Below, piece by piece: positions 25,939 through 36,840 of a DNA stretch of 64,000 nucleotides; position 1 is the stretch's first letter; each line of letters begins with the position of its first letter. This DNA comes from an uncultured virus (IMG/VR IMGVR_UViG_3300021365_000007). Taxonomy: Duplodnaviria > Heunggongvirae > Uroviricota > Caudoviricetes. The notes beneath the pieces are model-generated. The model was given only the letters and a program-made list of their open reading frames with translations. It made no database searches and had not been told where the DNA came from. The stretch lies in IMG/VR virus record IMGVR_UViG_3300021365_000007; one strand, written 5' to 3'. The position numbers and the translations under genes are program-made.

Positions 25939-27057
25939 ATGGGATCTAATTTAAATCAGGTATTCATATCAAATGCCTTAACAGTTATAGAAGGCACTCA
26001 AGCTCAGTTTGGTAGTCTTGCTGGCGCTGATGGTGCTGATGATGTAGGTATTTTTACGCTGGGTACAGGTACTCCAGCATACACTAAGACAGCAATTTAT
26101 CAAAAGAAGTTTGCAGGTGTTGGAACTAACGTCGACACTAGTGACAGTGGTGCCGCTGACGACCCGCTCGAAGACTTGCTTACTACTGTAGCCCCAATCT
26201 GGACAGTAAGTGCTTTTCAACTTACACAACGTGCTTTAACAGGAAACATTATTGCATCACCAATTATCGATGCAACTAGAGTTAAGCGCATCAACTACAA
26301 CGGACACGTTGAATGGGTTGGTCATAAGGCAACTTGTGTTGATGCAACTTTCGACACTACTAACTCTGTTAATGCTGACTCTTACCAGTTTAAGTTTATT
26401 ATTCGAACAGTTCCTGTCAATCAGACAGCGTTCTATAATACTACAGCTGCTGGTATTTATACTAAGCAATTCCCAACGGGAGCGTTTAATGCTACTAACC
26501 ACAAAGCAATAAACATGACTGTTGTGATTGCTGATCACACTGATGCTGATGCAGCAGCCAACATAACTAACGCTACTAATGCTGTTGCAGCACACCCACT
26601 CCTCAAAGACATGGTGTCTGTTGCAGATGTTAGTAATGACATGGTCTTCACCTCACTCCACCCAGGTTTTACTTTTGACTTGATTGTAACAAACTTGGAT
26701 AGAGATGACGATGGTGTGGTTGCAGCTACTACTGGAGAAGTGAAAGGTGTTGGTAATGACTGGCAGGTTGCTGATGATGAAGCTCGTTGCCGCTACGGTC
26801 AAGGTAACTTTAATCGTATGTACTTTCCACAAGCTGTTGATACTTATGTAACTGCAGGGCATGACTACGATAAGATTACTATCGAGTACGAAACGCCTAA
26901 CTGGCCAAATGGTGCAGGTATTGTTCCTGCAGGTAGCACTAATATTGCTACTATCTACTACACGAATGAGGGTACCGATCCAGGTACTACCGCGTCAAAC
27001 GAGTTTGCTGACGTATTCAACTTCGTTGAAAACGTTGACGAGCAGTTTATTTGGTAA
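25939..27057 (+). CDS. Abundant virion protein, possibly auxiliary capsid protein
   Basis: Capsid-like codon bias, own terminator, position after the ring gene. Confidence 0.55.
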   Translation: MGSNLNQVFISNALTVIEGTQAQFGSLAGADGADDVGIFTLGTGTPAYTKTAIYQKKFAGVGTNVDTSDSGAADDPLEDLLTTVAPIWTVSAFQLTQRALTGNIIASPIIDATRVKRINYNGHVEWVGHKATCVDATFDTTNSVNADSYQFKFIIRTVPVNQTAFYNTTAAGIYTKQFPTGAFNATNHKAINMTVVIADHTDADAAANITNATNAVAAHPLLKDMVSVADVSNDMVFTSLHPGFTFDLIVTNLDRDDDGVVAATTGEVKGVGNDWQVADDEARCRYGQGNFNRMYFPQAVDTYVTAGHDYDKITIEYETPNWPNGAGIVPAGSTNIATIYYTNEGTDPGTTASNEFADVFNFVENVDEQFIW

Positions 27058-27078
27058 TAACTAATCTATAAAATTACT

Positions 27079-27112
27079 GGGGGTACAATTGGGTACCCCC
27101 TTTAATACTTTT
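27079..27112 (+). terminator. Rho-independent terminator
   Basis: GGGGGTAC-AATTGG-GTACCCCC followed by TTTAATACTTTT. Confidence 0.8.
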
Positions 27113-27116
27113 AACC

Positions 27117-27581
27117 ATGGCATCAAAACCCACATATAGCGATTCAAAACTTCGAGTAAGAGCATCTAACTTAAGTGCTCGAGAAAGATATACTGTTGAA
27201 CTTACCAACCTAAGTACAGGTGCTACTAAAATGTTCAAGCAAATATCTATTGGAGGAAAACTGCATAAGACAGTACCTTTCCAAAGTGGAGGAGTTGTAC
27301 AAACAATAATTAGAGATTCTAAAGGTAAGGTCGTTAAGAAAAACGCCGCAATAGGTACCGCTGAAATCGATTGTTGCATTGCTAAGCTAGTGCATGATGC
27401 AATCAATTGTACTTGTAAGTGCAATAAATGTGTAGAAGATTTAAAGAGAGCTGAAACTATTTATCTTCTACTTCAATCTGCAAAGCATGAAGCTTTTACA
27501 CTTGTAAACCCACTAATGGCTGCTGACAAAATGAGAAAAGCGAAAGAGTTGTGTACTGAGGTCTGCGCGTGCGGATGCTAA
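27117..27581 (+). CDS. Virion-module protein with Cys-rich C-terminus
   Basis: DCCIAK, CTCKCNKC, ends CACGC. Confidence 0.7.
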   Translation: MASKPTYSDSKLRVRASNLSARERYTVELTNLSTGATKMFKQISIGGKLHKTVPFQSGGVVQTIIRDSKGKVVKKNAAIGTAEIDCCIAKLVHDAINCTCKCNKCVEDLKRAETIYLLLQSAKHEAFTLVNPLMAADKMRKAKELCTEVCACGC

Positions 27582-27591
27582 ACATCTACAA

Positions 27592-30500
27592 ATGAATAAA
27601 GGAGGTAAACATTATGTGGTAGTACCCACATTAACTGATATAAATGCTGCTAGCAATAATGCTGCTGCAAGTACTAGTGTATTTTGCCCATTTAAAATAC
27701 TTAACAGTCATAACGGAGGAAAGGACGTAACATATGACGGGGACAAGTATCGTTTCGAGGAAGGGTTCTTTCAAGAAGTTATGGGTGTTGTGCCTTCTAA
27801 AATACATAATTACCATACAGGAGATATTGTCTTATTGTCTGAAAGCAATATTAGTACATATATTGATAAAATCAGATACAACTATCTTGAGGACGGGCAT
27901 AAAATAATAAGCATTATTTATAATCAAGAAGCATTTCAAGATGATGTAGCCCGAGAAATAGAATTTAAAGTACTATTTGAAGATGGAGATTACCACTCTG
28001 TAAAACAGCCAGTTATACATAGTGAGTGTTTAGAAGACATTAGTTTAAACTTTGACCAAGTATTTACCTCCAACGAAACAGGAAGTGCACCACTTCAATC
28101 AGGAGGAGGAGTACCCTTAAGAAGTGGTATAGGAATTAACAATAATCCAGGAGGTAGCGATCCTATTGTATTTCATACAGCAGCTTATACAGATCCCAAG
28201 TGGGGAAATATAGAAGCGCCTCAGACTAGAGATTATTATCAAACCATATATATTAATAATGAAATATTACCATACGGGGCTGGGAACTCAACAATAGTTA
28301 CTGGACAGGATGGGAATAATTATACTATAGGTACACGAAGTGCTTTATGGGAATTTAGACAAATCGCTTCTACTACTGATTACAGCTATGATTCTTCTAC
28401 TGGAATTGTAGGAGGTAGTTTATATAACGAGACTCTTGACGGCTTACAATCAATAAGCACTAATTTAATTCAGTTCGGAGCTACTGCAGGCCGAGATGGT
28501 TATAAAAGTATAGAGTTTTTTAATACTGTATGCCCTTCAATAACTGCAACTGGGCAAATAGTGTCTGACCCCAGCGATCTTTTTAATCCTAACCTTTTGA
28601 ATATAAAAGAAAAAAGTTTAGCCGGGACTTTATACGGAGGAGCTAGGGGATATGCAGGTCAATATACTTCTGATGGAGTACCTAGTAAAAGTCTAGTAAA
28701 CGCGTTTTATTTAAAAAATAGTCCTAATGTTCGTAGTAATACTGATACCTCTAGACGAATGGATGGTATTGTTTTTGGAATAAAAAAACAAAATAATACA
28801 AATTTTTCGGGTGCAGGGTTTGCTGCTGTAGATGGCGGGTATGACACAGCGAACAATTTGTTACGTGACATAGCTATTAAACTTTTAGAAGGAGCTGAAG
28901 CACAAAGCATCAATCAATCTTTAGGAGGATATAGTCAGGGGGCTTGGTTGCCTCCGGGCTATGAGAGTTCAGCTGGTAATCAATTGATGTGTAATTTAAT
29001 GTCTCCTCAAGACTTAATAAGTAACTTTATATTTGGGCAACATACTTTCTTTTTATCTAGACCACATCATTTAGGAGCAGGAGTTGATAGCGCTCAAAGT
29101 ACTTATCAGTCATCTTTAGCTGCCTCTTTATTTAAAAAAGCACAACATCCAAACTTTACTCCTAGGGATGGTAGTAGCGATTTTGCACAATCAACTGTTA
29201 ATGGGCTAGCTATAGATAATGTAGGAGAGGACCCTAAATATATTACAGCTGTTCCTTATCATATATATGTAGATTCTTTTCAAAATATAAGTTGTAATAC
29301 AATTCAAGCTGGTAATAATTTTACGGATAGCTCAGTAATGGGAACTGCAGGCTTAGAGGGGGGCGTACCTGCGCAAGATGCATTTATTGGAAGTCTTACA
29401 GGTCAAGCTGGACCAGTTGCTAGTTTATCTACTTCTTTGTTTCAATCTCAATTTCCGGAAGGTACTGATAATACCAAAGTACAGGTAGTTAATGTATCAA
29501 GTTCTCAAATAGCGAATATACTTACAGTATACACACCAGTCAAAAATAATGTAACTCCTAACACGGCTCTTCTTCCAAGCGATTCTTTAGACCTGCCAAG
29601 TTTAGATAAAAACTCTGTAAAATGGACTAATGGTAACTTAAACGAACCAGTAGGCGTCGATTCCTATACTTTACAAATTTTACAAGCAACAAATCCTGCT
29701 CTTTCGACATTTTGGAACAGCCTACAAGAATCAAATTATTATACTGATATATCCCATGCTGCAGCAAAAGGAATAGTTACTCAAGGCTTAAGATGGAGAC
29801 CCGGAGCCACCTCTTCAGATAATAGATTTGTATATCTACGAGGATGTTTAAATTTAAAAAGAGGACGTGAGCTTATTATAGAAGATTCAATTTCAAGTAA
29901 CTATCAGCTGGACTTATTAATAACTCCAGGACTAAGTGAGGTTACTACAAATGTTACAGAGTTACAATTTAAAGCTAAATATGATGCAGGAGTAGGTAAT
30001 ATTGTTTCATCTAGCATAATTCCTACTTTAGAGTTTTTAGCAGATTGTGGATGCAATTCCCTCCCCACTAAAGTAGAGTGGGAAAATGCATCTAATTTGA
30101 ATGTAGACGCAAATGCTTTAAACATATTTGCAATAAAGTACACACCCGGGAGACATGAAATAGATCCAATTTTATTTCCCATCAACGATGATACGTACTC
30201 GATAGGAACACAAGTAACAGCAGACGATTCAAGCGTTGATACTGATAATAATCATCCTCTAACACTTACTGTTAATTTAGATAATCAAACTCCATTAAGT
30301 GTAGACAGGCCTCTTGTAGACGTAAACTTAAGCAGTTTTCAATGGGATGAAACTTTTGCCCCAACATCTAAAATACAATTAGGGCAAAGAGCAGGTGAAA
30401 CATCTTATCAACTTGGTCTAGAGCCCCCATTTGAATATTCATCAACAGCTGTTGAATTCTCTCCCCAAACATTTGACTTCGTCTCACTTGGTGTACAAGT

Positions 30501-33500
30501 CGTAGAAGGAGGAGGTGTTCAAGAACCTACGCCTGGATGCACAGATCCCAATGCAATTAATTATAATCCTAAAGCTGATGTAGATGATGGTAGTTGTCAG
30601 TACTGTGATGAAGATGATCCATTAAATAGCGCATATGGAGAGTTTCTTAGCTCAGGTATTTCTAATATTCAAATATTCCCACAAGCTCCAATTACTGGTT
30701 CAAACATACCATTTGGATTATCCAGTTTTATATCTCAAATAGAGTGGTACCAAGGACAAATAGGTAACGCTCATAATTACTGGGGCTATGGACTTAATGC
30801 TGCAGTAGCAGCTGATGGATCTGTAGCTGTTCCCTACGGAGATGATTTTGGGGAGGAGGCTAACATATATACAAATTTTAGATTTGAATTTGATTTTGCT
30901 CCTTACCAATCTGCTAACTATCCAAATGATAATTTAGAATCTTTGCTTACTACTTTAATAGAGCAAGCTGGAGCAGATGCTACTAATATATTTACTTTAT
31001 CTTTCTACGATATAGAAAAGTGGAATGGAGAGAATAGTGATTACGCAACACTTTATACACAAGATGACTTTGAAGCAAGTTATTTAACAGATGGAGCTAG
31101 TACTGTTTCTATAGGAAGCATGACTAACCAATCTACAAACCCACTACAAGCTAGATTTGCTTCTTATGATAGTTCAGTTACAATTGGGGTTGGTGGCCCC
31201 GCTGTTGCAGGTAATGCTACACTTGAAGCAAGTTATTTTAATGGATTGAACGTTACTCAAACAATAGATGGAGAATCCACAACACAATTGTTATCGCCTC
31301 TCACAGATGGATTTGGTCAAACGTTTCTTGCTCCTGGTAAACAATACTTAGTTGTATTAAATATTGACATAGGTCTTTTGTTTAACGGGTATATTGATGC
31401 CGCTACTGCTGACGAATTATCATGTAATATTCAATTAAGAGTTCCATATAATTTCTGGGTTACTTTTTGTGGTTGTGATCTTCCAGATTCCCCTAATTAC
31501 ATAGGAGATTTAATTACTGATTATGTATGGAGCGGAACAAGTACATTTCCAGCAGGATACAATATCTTTGATCAATGTGTATCAGGTGCTGGAAGTAGAA
31601 TAAAAAGAAATTCTGATGCAGAATCTGCTGGATACTGCTTACCCGTTCCAGATCCTTTTAACTGTGAAAACTTTATTGATGCTTGTACTCAAACTGCTAC
31701 TTCAGATTGTATTCCTCTTAATGATGGAACCGGAAATCAAACATTTGTAGGAACATTAACAGTAGACGTATTTGGAGCTTATACTGGAGCGGACAACGCA
31801 GATCAGTATGCATTTGTATTTGGGGATGAGTTATTCCAATTTGAAATGTGGCTAATTGAAGGTTCATGGGACGGAACAACGCCTGTTGCTGAAGAAGGAA
31901 TGTATTACAGTTTTCAATCCTATGACGATTATGCTGCTGTAGGATTTAACCCTGCATCTTCTGGACAATTAAATTTAGTATTTACTAATTTAACTGCTGG
32001 TCTATATACTGTAGTTATAAATCAATTAAGTGCATTTTCTTTCCAAGAAGATTACTATTCAGGTGAGCCTGTACCATGTCCTATGATATCACTACCTACT
32101 GTTACAGTAGGCTTGGGCGACGGAACGGATTGTCCACCCCTAGTAGTAGGATGTACGGATCCTGACGCAACAAATTATAATGCAGATGCTGAGGTAGATG
32201 ATGGAACTTGTGAGTATGTAGATTGTGATGATGTATACCTTTCAGGTAAAATTACTCAAATTAGTACAGTAAATACAGTTATTGATTGTGTAGTAGAAAC
32301 ACTAGATGAAGATACGAATACAACTACAACTGTACTTGTAGATACAGGAGTAGGATCTATTACTGTAGATACCTTCATAAATGATATAACAGGAGGAGGA
32401 GAGGATGCAACAATAGCAGGTACGTTTGTAATGGGCTACTGTCAAGTAATTAATGGTAACGCAGGAGCAGCAGTAACAAATCTTTTAGATTTGTTCAGCA
32501 GCAATCAAAACGAACAGATAACAGATACCACAAGAACAGAAACAATTTTTGTTACAACTAATGCTGGTGTTAATATTGGGGGTTTCTTAGGATTTGACGC
32601 TGCAGGACAACCGCTTCTTACAACAGGAACTATATTAGATGCAGGGTATTATGCAGTAATGCTTATACCTTCTTTTGCCATGGTACAAGACACAGACTGC
32701 ACAAGTGTATTAGTAGCAAACTTTGATTCTATTTCTTTTGCAACTGTTGGTAGTACCTTTAATTTTACAGATTGCCCAACTCCATGTAATGATCAAACAA
32801 ACCCAGAAGATTGCGGCGATCAAATAGGTGGGTGTACAGATGAAAATGCAACTAATTACGATCCTACTGCAACATTTGATACAGGTATTTGCGATTATAG
32901 TGATCAGTCTGAATGTGATCAAAATGAAAATGCTGAAGGATGTGAAGACTGTGATACTGCAGAAGCTTCAGGATTACCTGGATTTAGAAATTGTGATGAG
33001 TTTAACGATACTACAGAAGGATGTTGTGACCCATTAGCATGTAACTATGATCCAACAGTAGATGTATGTTTACAAAGTAGATGTGAGTACTGTTGCGACC
33101 CCAGTGATGAAGAATGTATAGATGATCCAGGACCTGACGAATGTGAAGACGTTAATGGTAATATACTACCAGATTGTGTACAACCTGAATGTCCAGATCC
33201 AACTAATCCTGACTGTTTAGAGCCTCCAGTAGACCCATGTCCTAATGGAGATTGTGGAGGTCCCCCAGAAGCAGAATGTGTTATTCTTGGAAACTGCCCA
33301 GAAGGTGACGACGGTGGAGACGATGATGATGTTGTTATTATAGATGATCCTATCATTGAAGACGTATACTGTACCCCTACAGGACTAGGTAACTATACTA
33401 CCTTTGAAGACGTAAGACTAGCAGCAATGACATGTTCTGCAAATGAAGGAAGTAAACTTTTATTTAAGCTAAGATCAGGAGTTAAGATGGATCGCACAGA

Positions 33501-34038
33501 TCTTATAAAGCTAGAGTTAATTAATTACTTATTTAACAATGCAATCAATGAGCCTTGTATGGCTAATTGTGACGACACTGAAGATCCAAAAGCAATTGCA
33601 AAAGGTATTAAGAAGCCCTCTTGTAACGAGAGATGGAAGTCTGGAGGATTTGAGGTATGGACACCTACTAGTACATATGGTAAAGGTGTTACAGTAGCAG
33701 TAATAAGATACGAAGCAGGTCAATTAAAAAGACGATTTTATACTTCTACAGCTGCTATCGGATCAGGAGATGTTCCCCCTCGAACAGCAATCTCAAATAC
33801 AAAAGTCTCTAAGTGGACTCCTTGTAAAACAGTTAGAGGTAAGAGTTCTAATAACCCAGGAGAACCTGCATATATAACAAAACTGTATGAATTTATGGCT
33901 AAGTTCTGCGAACAATGTTCAGTATACAAAGTAGCAGAAGATGCAGACGCAGATACATCTGCAAAAAGAGACATACAGAAAGATTCAAGTCCTTCAGGAC
34001 TCGTTGACGAAAACGGTAACGAAATAAAACTTTTTTAA
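27592..34038 (+). CDS. Giant (2148 aa) putative fibre/surface protein with GCxDxxAxNY repeats
   Basis: Four GC(T/C)DxxAxNY repeats and a Cys/Asp/Pro-rich segment; no signal peptide. Confidence 0.75.
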   Translation: MNKGGKHYVVVPTLTDINAASNNAAASTSVFCPFKILNSHNGGKDVTYDGDKYRFEEGFFQEVMGVVPSKIHNYHTGDIVLLSESNISTYIDKIRYNYLEDGHKIISIIYNQEAFQDDVAREIEFKVLFEDGDYHSVKQPVIHSECLEDISLNFDQVFTSNETGSAPLQSGGGVPLRSGIGINNNPGGSDPIVFHTAAYTDPKWGNIEAPQTRDYYQTIYINNEILPYGAGNSTIVTGQDGNNYTIGTRSALWEFRQIASTTDYSYDSSTGIVGGSLYNETLDGLQSISTNLIQFGATAGRDGYKSIEFFNTVCPSITATGQIVSDPSDLFNPNLLNIKEKSLAGTLYGGARGYAGQYTSDGVPSKSLVNAFYLKNSPNVRSNTDTSRRMDGIVFGIKKQNNTNFSGAGFAAVDGGYDTANNLLRDIAIKLLEGAEAQSINQSLGGYSQGAWLPPGYESSAGNQLMCNLMSPQDLISNFIFGQHTFFLSRPHHLGAGVDSAQSTYQSSLAASLFKKAQHPNFTPRDGSSDFAQSTVNGLAIDNVGEDPKYITAVPYHIYVDSFQNISCNTIQAGNNFTDSSVMGTAGLEGGVPAQDAFIGSLTGQAGPVASLSTSLFQSQFPEGTDNTKVQVVNVSSSQIANILTVYTPVKNNVTPNTALLPSDSLDLPSLDKNSVKWTNGNLNEPVGVDSYTLQILQATNPALSTFWNSLQESNYYTDISHAAAKGIVTQGLRWRPGATSSDNRFVYLRGCLNLKRGRELIIEDSISSNYQLDLLITPGLSEVTTNVTELQFKAKYDAGVGNIVSSSIIPTLEFLADCGCNSLPTKVEWENASNLNVDANALNIFAIKYTPGRHEIDPILFPINDDTYSIGTQVTADDSSVDTDNNHPLTLTVNLDNQTPLSVDRPLVDVNLSSFQWDETFAPTSKIQLGQRAGETSYQLGLEPPFEYSSTAVEFSPQTFDFVSLGVQVVEGGGVQEPTPGCTDPNAINYNPKADVDDGSCQYCDEDDPLNSAYGEFLSSGISNIQIFPQAPITGSNIPFGLSSFISQIEWYQGQIGNAHNYWGYGLNAAVAADGSVAVPYGDDFGEEANIYTNFRFEFDFAPYQSANYPNDNLESLLTTLIEQAGADATNIFTLSFYDIEKWNGENSDYATLYTQDDFEASYLTDGASTVSIGSMTNQSTNPLQARFASYDSSVTIGVGGPAVAGNATLEASYFNGLNVTQTIDGESTTQLLSPLTDGFGQTFLAPGKQYLVVLNIDIGLLFNGYIDAATADELSCNIQLRVPYNFWVTFCGCDLPDSPNYIGDLITDYVWSGTSTFPAGYNIFDQCVSGAGSRIKRNSDAESAGYCLPVPDPFNCENFIDACTQTATSDCIPLNDGTGNQTFVGTLTVDVFGAYTGADNADQYAFVFGDELFQFEMWLIEGSWDGTTPVAEEGMYYSFQSYDDYAAVGFNPASSGQLNLVFTNLTAGLYTVVINQLSAFSFQEDYYSGEPVPCPMISLPTVTVGLGDGTDCPPLVVGCTDPDATNYNADAEVDDGTCEYVDCDDVYLSGKITQISTVNTVIDCVVETLDEDTNTTTTVLVDTGVGSITVDTFINDITGGGEDATIAGTFVMGYCQVINGNAGAAVTNLLDLFSSNQNEQITDTTRTETIFVTTNAGVNIGGFLGFDAAGQPLLTTGTILDAGYYAVMLIPSFAMVQDTDCTSVLVANFDSISFATVGSTFNFTDCPTPCNDQTNPEDCGDQIGGCTDENATNYDPTATFDTGICDYSDQSECDQNENAEGCEDCDTAEASGLPGFRNCDEFNDTTEGCCDPLACNYDPTVDVCLQSRCEYCCDPSDEECIDDPGPDECEDVNGNILPDCVQPECPDPTNPDCLEPPVDPCPNGDCGGPPEAECVILGNCPEGDDGGDDDDVVIIDDPIIEDVYCTPTGLGNYTTFEDVRLAAMTCSANEGSKLLFKLRSGVKMDRTDLIKLELINYLFNNAINEPCMANCDDTEDPKAIAKGIKKPSCNERWKSGGFEVWTPTSTYGKGVTVAVIRYEAGQLKRRFYTSTAAIGSGDVPPRTAISNTKVSKWTPCKTVRGKSSNNPGEPAYITKLYEFMAKFCEQCSVYKVAEDADADTSAKRDIQKDSSPSGLVDENGNEIKLF

Positions 34039-34039
34039 A

Positions 34040-35548
34040 ATGGCACTAAGAGCTAAAGATTTAAGCAAAAAAACTAAAAGTAGCGCTACTACAAATGAAG
34101 TGCTCATAGTACAAAATACAGATACTAACAAAGCAAGTCAGTTTCCTATTGATGATATATTTCCTATGCTCCAAAATGGAGCTACTACCTCCGGCAGTAA
34201 AATTTTAGGAAGTGCCCTAGGAGTATCCTCAACTACCCCTTTATTTGTAGGTGGGGGATTTGGTAGTAGTATTACAGGCAGTGATAAGAATACACTTATA
34301 TTTAAAGGTATTCGTTCTAATGATACTGTTTTAGAAATTAAAAATGAAACGTTACCAGGAGATGCTACTAAAGGAAATATAGTATTAGACTTTAATCAAT
34401 CTGTTTTAGATCTTAATGCTTGTAATAATGCCACCTCAGCCTTTCTTTCACAAGTTACACTCAGTAGTGCCACACACGTAACTGGGACATTGGGAGTAGC
34501 AAATGGAGGTACTGGAGCTACTGCATTTGCAGACAAGTCTGTAATCATAACACAAGATTCAGGGACTGATACACTTGCTGCTGTAGCAATGTCTACAAAT
34601 GGGCAACTTCTTATTGGGGGCTCATCCGGACCGGCAGTAGCTACTCTTACAGGGGGAACAAATGTTACTGTTACAAATTCAGACGGAAGAATTAGTATTG
34701 CATCAACAATTGGAACTATTGCTGCTGACCTAGATATGAACAATTATGATATTGATCTAGGTACAGGATGGTTAAGTGGAGATGGTACACATGAAGGTAT
34801 TAATATTGATTCAGCAGGTAAAGTATTTATAGGAGAATCAACTCCTTCATCATACTTTACTTCGTCTCTTAATGTTAATGGAAGTATATCCCTTGGAAAT
34901 ATAACAGGAAGTTCTACTGTAGGGTTAACTATGAAACCTTGTACTTCAGGAACATCACCTAATCTAACTATCTCAGGAGCGAACGCTTCAGGAACTGGAA
35001 ATACAGGTGGTAGAACTGAACTTTCAGCTGGTAATGGAGATACTAATGGTAATGGTGGACCCTTACATTTAAATGGTGGACTTAAAGCAGGTTCTGGTAC
35101 AGACGGATCAGTTTTGATTACAACAGGGGGTGTTACAGCCATCACTGTAGATAATGTTCAAAACACTACATTTGGGGGACACGCTATTATAACAGCTGCT
35201 ACAGACGGGTTAGTGCATACAGGGTCAGGAACAATTACTCAAGCAACTAATCACACTACAGGTGTAACTATTAATGCTACTTCTGGTGTAATACAATTAG
35301 CTGCTGCCGCACTTAATGCTGCAACGAATGCAGAATTTACTGTTACTAATAGCACTGTACAAGCAGACTCAGTTATTATTTTAACAGTGCAGGATGAGAA
35401 CACAACTAACAATGCACAGCTTACTGCATGCACACATACAATAGCTGGTGGAAGCTTTAAAATTTCAGTGTTTAATCCTGCAGCAACTGGGGCTACTTCA
35501 GCTACTGCAAGTAAAATTCACTTCTTAATTATTAATAACTCCGTATAA
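34040..35548 (+). CDS. Tail fibre-like protein
   Basis: VTGTLGVANGGTGAT motif; Gly/Thr/Ser-rich beta repeats. Confidence 0.75.
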   Translation: MALRAKDLSKKTKSSATTNEVLIVQNTDTNKASQFPIDDIFPMLQNGATTSGSKILGSALGVSSTTPLFVGGGFGSSITGSDKNTLIFKGIRSNDTVLEIKNETLPGDATKGNIVLDFNQSVLDLNACNNATSAFLSQVTLSSATHVTGTLGVANGGTGATAFADKSVIITQDSGTDTLAAVAMSTNGQLLIGGSSGPAVATLTGGTNVTVTNSDGRISIASTIGTIAADLDMNNYDIDLGTGWLSGDGTHEGINIDSAGKVFIGESTPSSYFTSSLNVNGSISLGNITGSSTVGLTMKPCTSGTSPNLTISGANASGTGNTGGRTELSAGNGDTNGNGGPLHLNGGLKAGSGTDGSVLITTGGVTAITVDNVQNTTFGGHAIITAATDGLVHTGSGTITQATNHTTGVTINATSGVIQLAAAALNAATNAEFTVTNSTVQADSVIILTVQDENTTNNAQLTACTHTIAGGSFKISVFNPAATGATSATASKIHFLIINNSV

Positions 35549-35552
35549 TTCG

Positions 35553-35560
35553 TATATTTG
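35553..35560 (+). promoter_or_regulatory. -7 box TATATTTG
   Basis: Intergenic TAnnTTTG. Confidence 0.55.
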
Positions 35561-35579
35561 ACAAACCTTAAAATAAATT

Positions 35580-35987
35580 ATGATGACTAAAGTCGAAGCA
35601 ACCAACCGTGAATTCCTCGATCTATTCCGTGGACTCGAGGCCGTAAAAACAATCAAAGGAGCACGCTTTGCCGTACTCGTTGGTAAAAACCTTAAAGAGT
35701 TGAGACATGTTCTCGAACCTATTGAAACGGCTGCACAGCCACCTTTTCCTTTTCAGGAAATATCTATGAAGATGCAAGAACTTGCAGAGAAAGAAGACAA
35801 AGACGCAATGACTGCTTTGGAAGCTAATAATAAAGATATTATTGATGAGAGAAAAGCACAACTTGCAGCTGTTGAAGATATGCTTGATGACTCTGCAGAA
35901 GTATATCTGCATATCATTAAAGAAGCTCAGCTTCCCGAGGAAATTACTGGTGAGCATATTGAGAAGCTCATCAAAATAATAGAATAA
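35580..35987 (+). CDS. Helical protein, possible fibre chaperone
   Basis: 135 aa following the fibre gene. Confidence 0.55.
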   Translation: MMTKVEATNREFLDLFRGLEAVKTIKGARFAVLVGKNLKELRHVLEPIETAAQPPFPFQEISMKMQELAEKEDKDAMTALEANNKDIIDERKAQLAAVEDMLDDSAEVYLHIIKEAQLPEEITGEHIEKLIKIIE

Positions 35988-36388
35988 TGGCTTCAATAAT
36001 TACTAGACTTAGTGTTAGATCTAAGAACTTATTTTCAAATGCTTTAAGTGCTCGACATGATAAAGTAACTGCCGTAGGCACAGATGCAGACAGAAGGATA
36101 AAAACAATTAAAGTAGCATCAGGTGCTCCTGCGATATTATTAGATGCTTCAGATTATCATTCTACGGGCGAAGAAACAGTTTTTGTATTTGTAAAAAATA
36201 CAACAACAACAGCTAACAAGTATATCTATTTAAAAATAGGTAGTCAGGTAGCATTTAAACTTAAGCCAGGAGCGTATACTATGTTTCCTTGGTACGTAAA
36301 CAGTGAAAGTATAGACATTAACGTTTACTCAAATGATGCTTCTAATGGAGTTAAGGTAGAATACTTTGCAGTTAAAGAAACTACATAA
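35987..36388 (+). CDS. Small beta-sandwich protein (paralogue of 44720-45088)
   Basis: VFVKN...KLKPGAYTMFPW. Confidence 0.65.
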   Translation: MASIITRLSVRSKNLFSNALSARHDKVTAVGTDADRRIKTIKVASGAPAILLDASDYHSTGEETVFVFVKNTTTTANKYIYLKIGSQVAFKLKPGAYTMFPWYVNSESIDINVYSNDASNGVKVEYFAVKETT

Positions 36389-36825
36389 TGGGCAAGAAGA
36401 AGATTAAAGACACAAAGCTAGGGAACTGGCTTAAAGACAAAGCACCTAATATATTAGATGTTGTGGGAGATCTTCTTCCTGATTCTGGGGGTTTAGGTGT
36501 AGTTAAAAATCTAATTAGTAAAGATGACAGTATTGATCCTGTAGAGGCTCAAGCTAAAATAGATGCTGAAATAAAATTTCAAGAAAACGTTACAGAGCGT
36601 TGGAAAGCAGACATGGGCAGCGATGTAAAGCTAGCTAAACTTATACGTCCTGTTACGCTTATATGCCTTATGGGGATGTTTATGGTGACTATGTTTATAG
36701 ACAGTATGGACAACGTACCCTTTAATGTAAAGAACTCTTATGTGTCTTTACTAGAGCTTCTAATGCTTACAGCATTTGGTGCTTACTTTGCAGGTAGAAC
36801 TATAGAAAAGAAATCAAAAAAATAA
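36388..36825 (+). CDS. Holin-like membrane protein (3TM-holin-like)
   Basis: RWKADM, IRP followed by a TM helix, second TM ending GAYFAGRTIEK, basic tail. Confidence 0.7.
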   Translation: MGKKKIKDTKLGNWLKDKAPNILDVVGDLLPDSGGLGVVKNLISKDDSIDPVEAQAKIDAEIKFQENVTERWKADMGSDVKLAKLIRPVTLICLMGMFMVTMFIDSMDNVPFNVKNSYVSLLELLMLTAFGAYFAGRTIEKKSKK

Positions 36826-36840
36826 TCTCAAACCAAACAC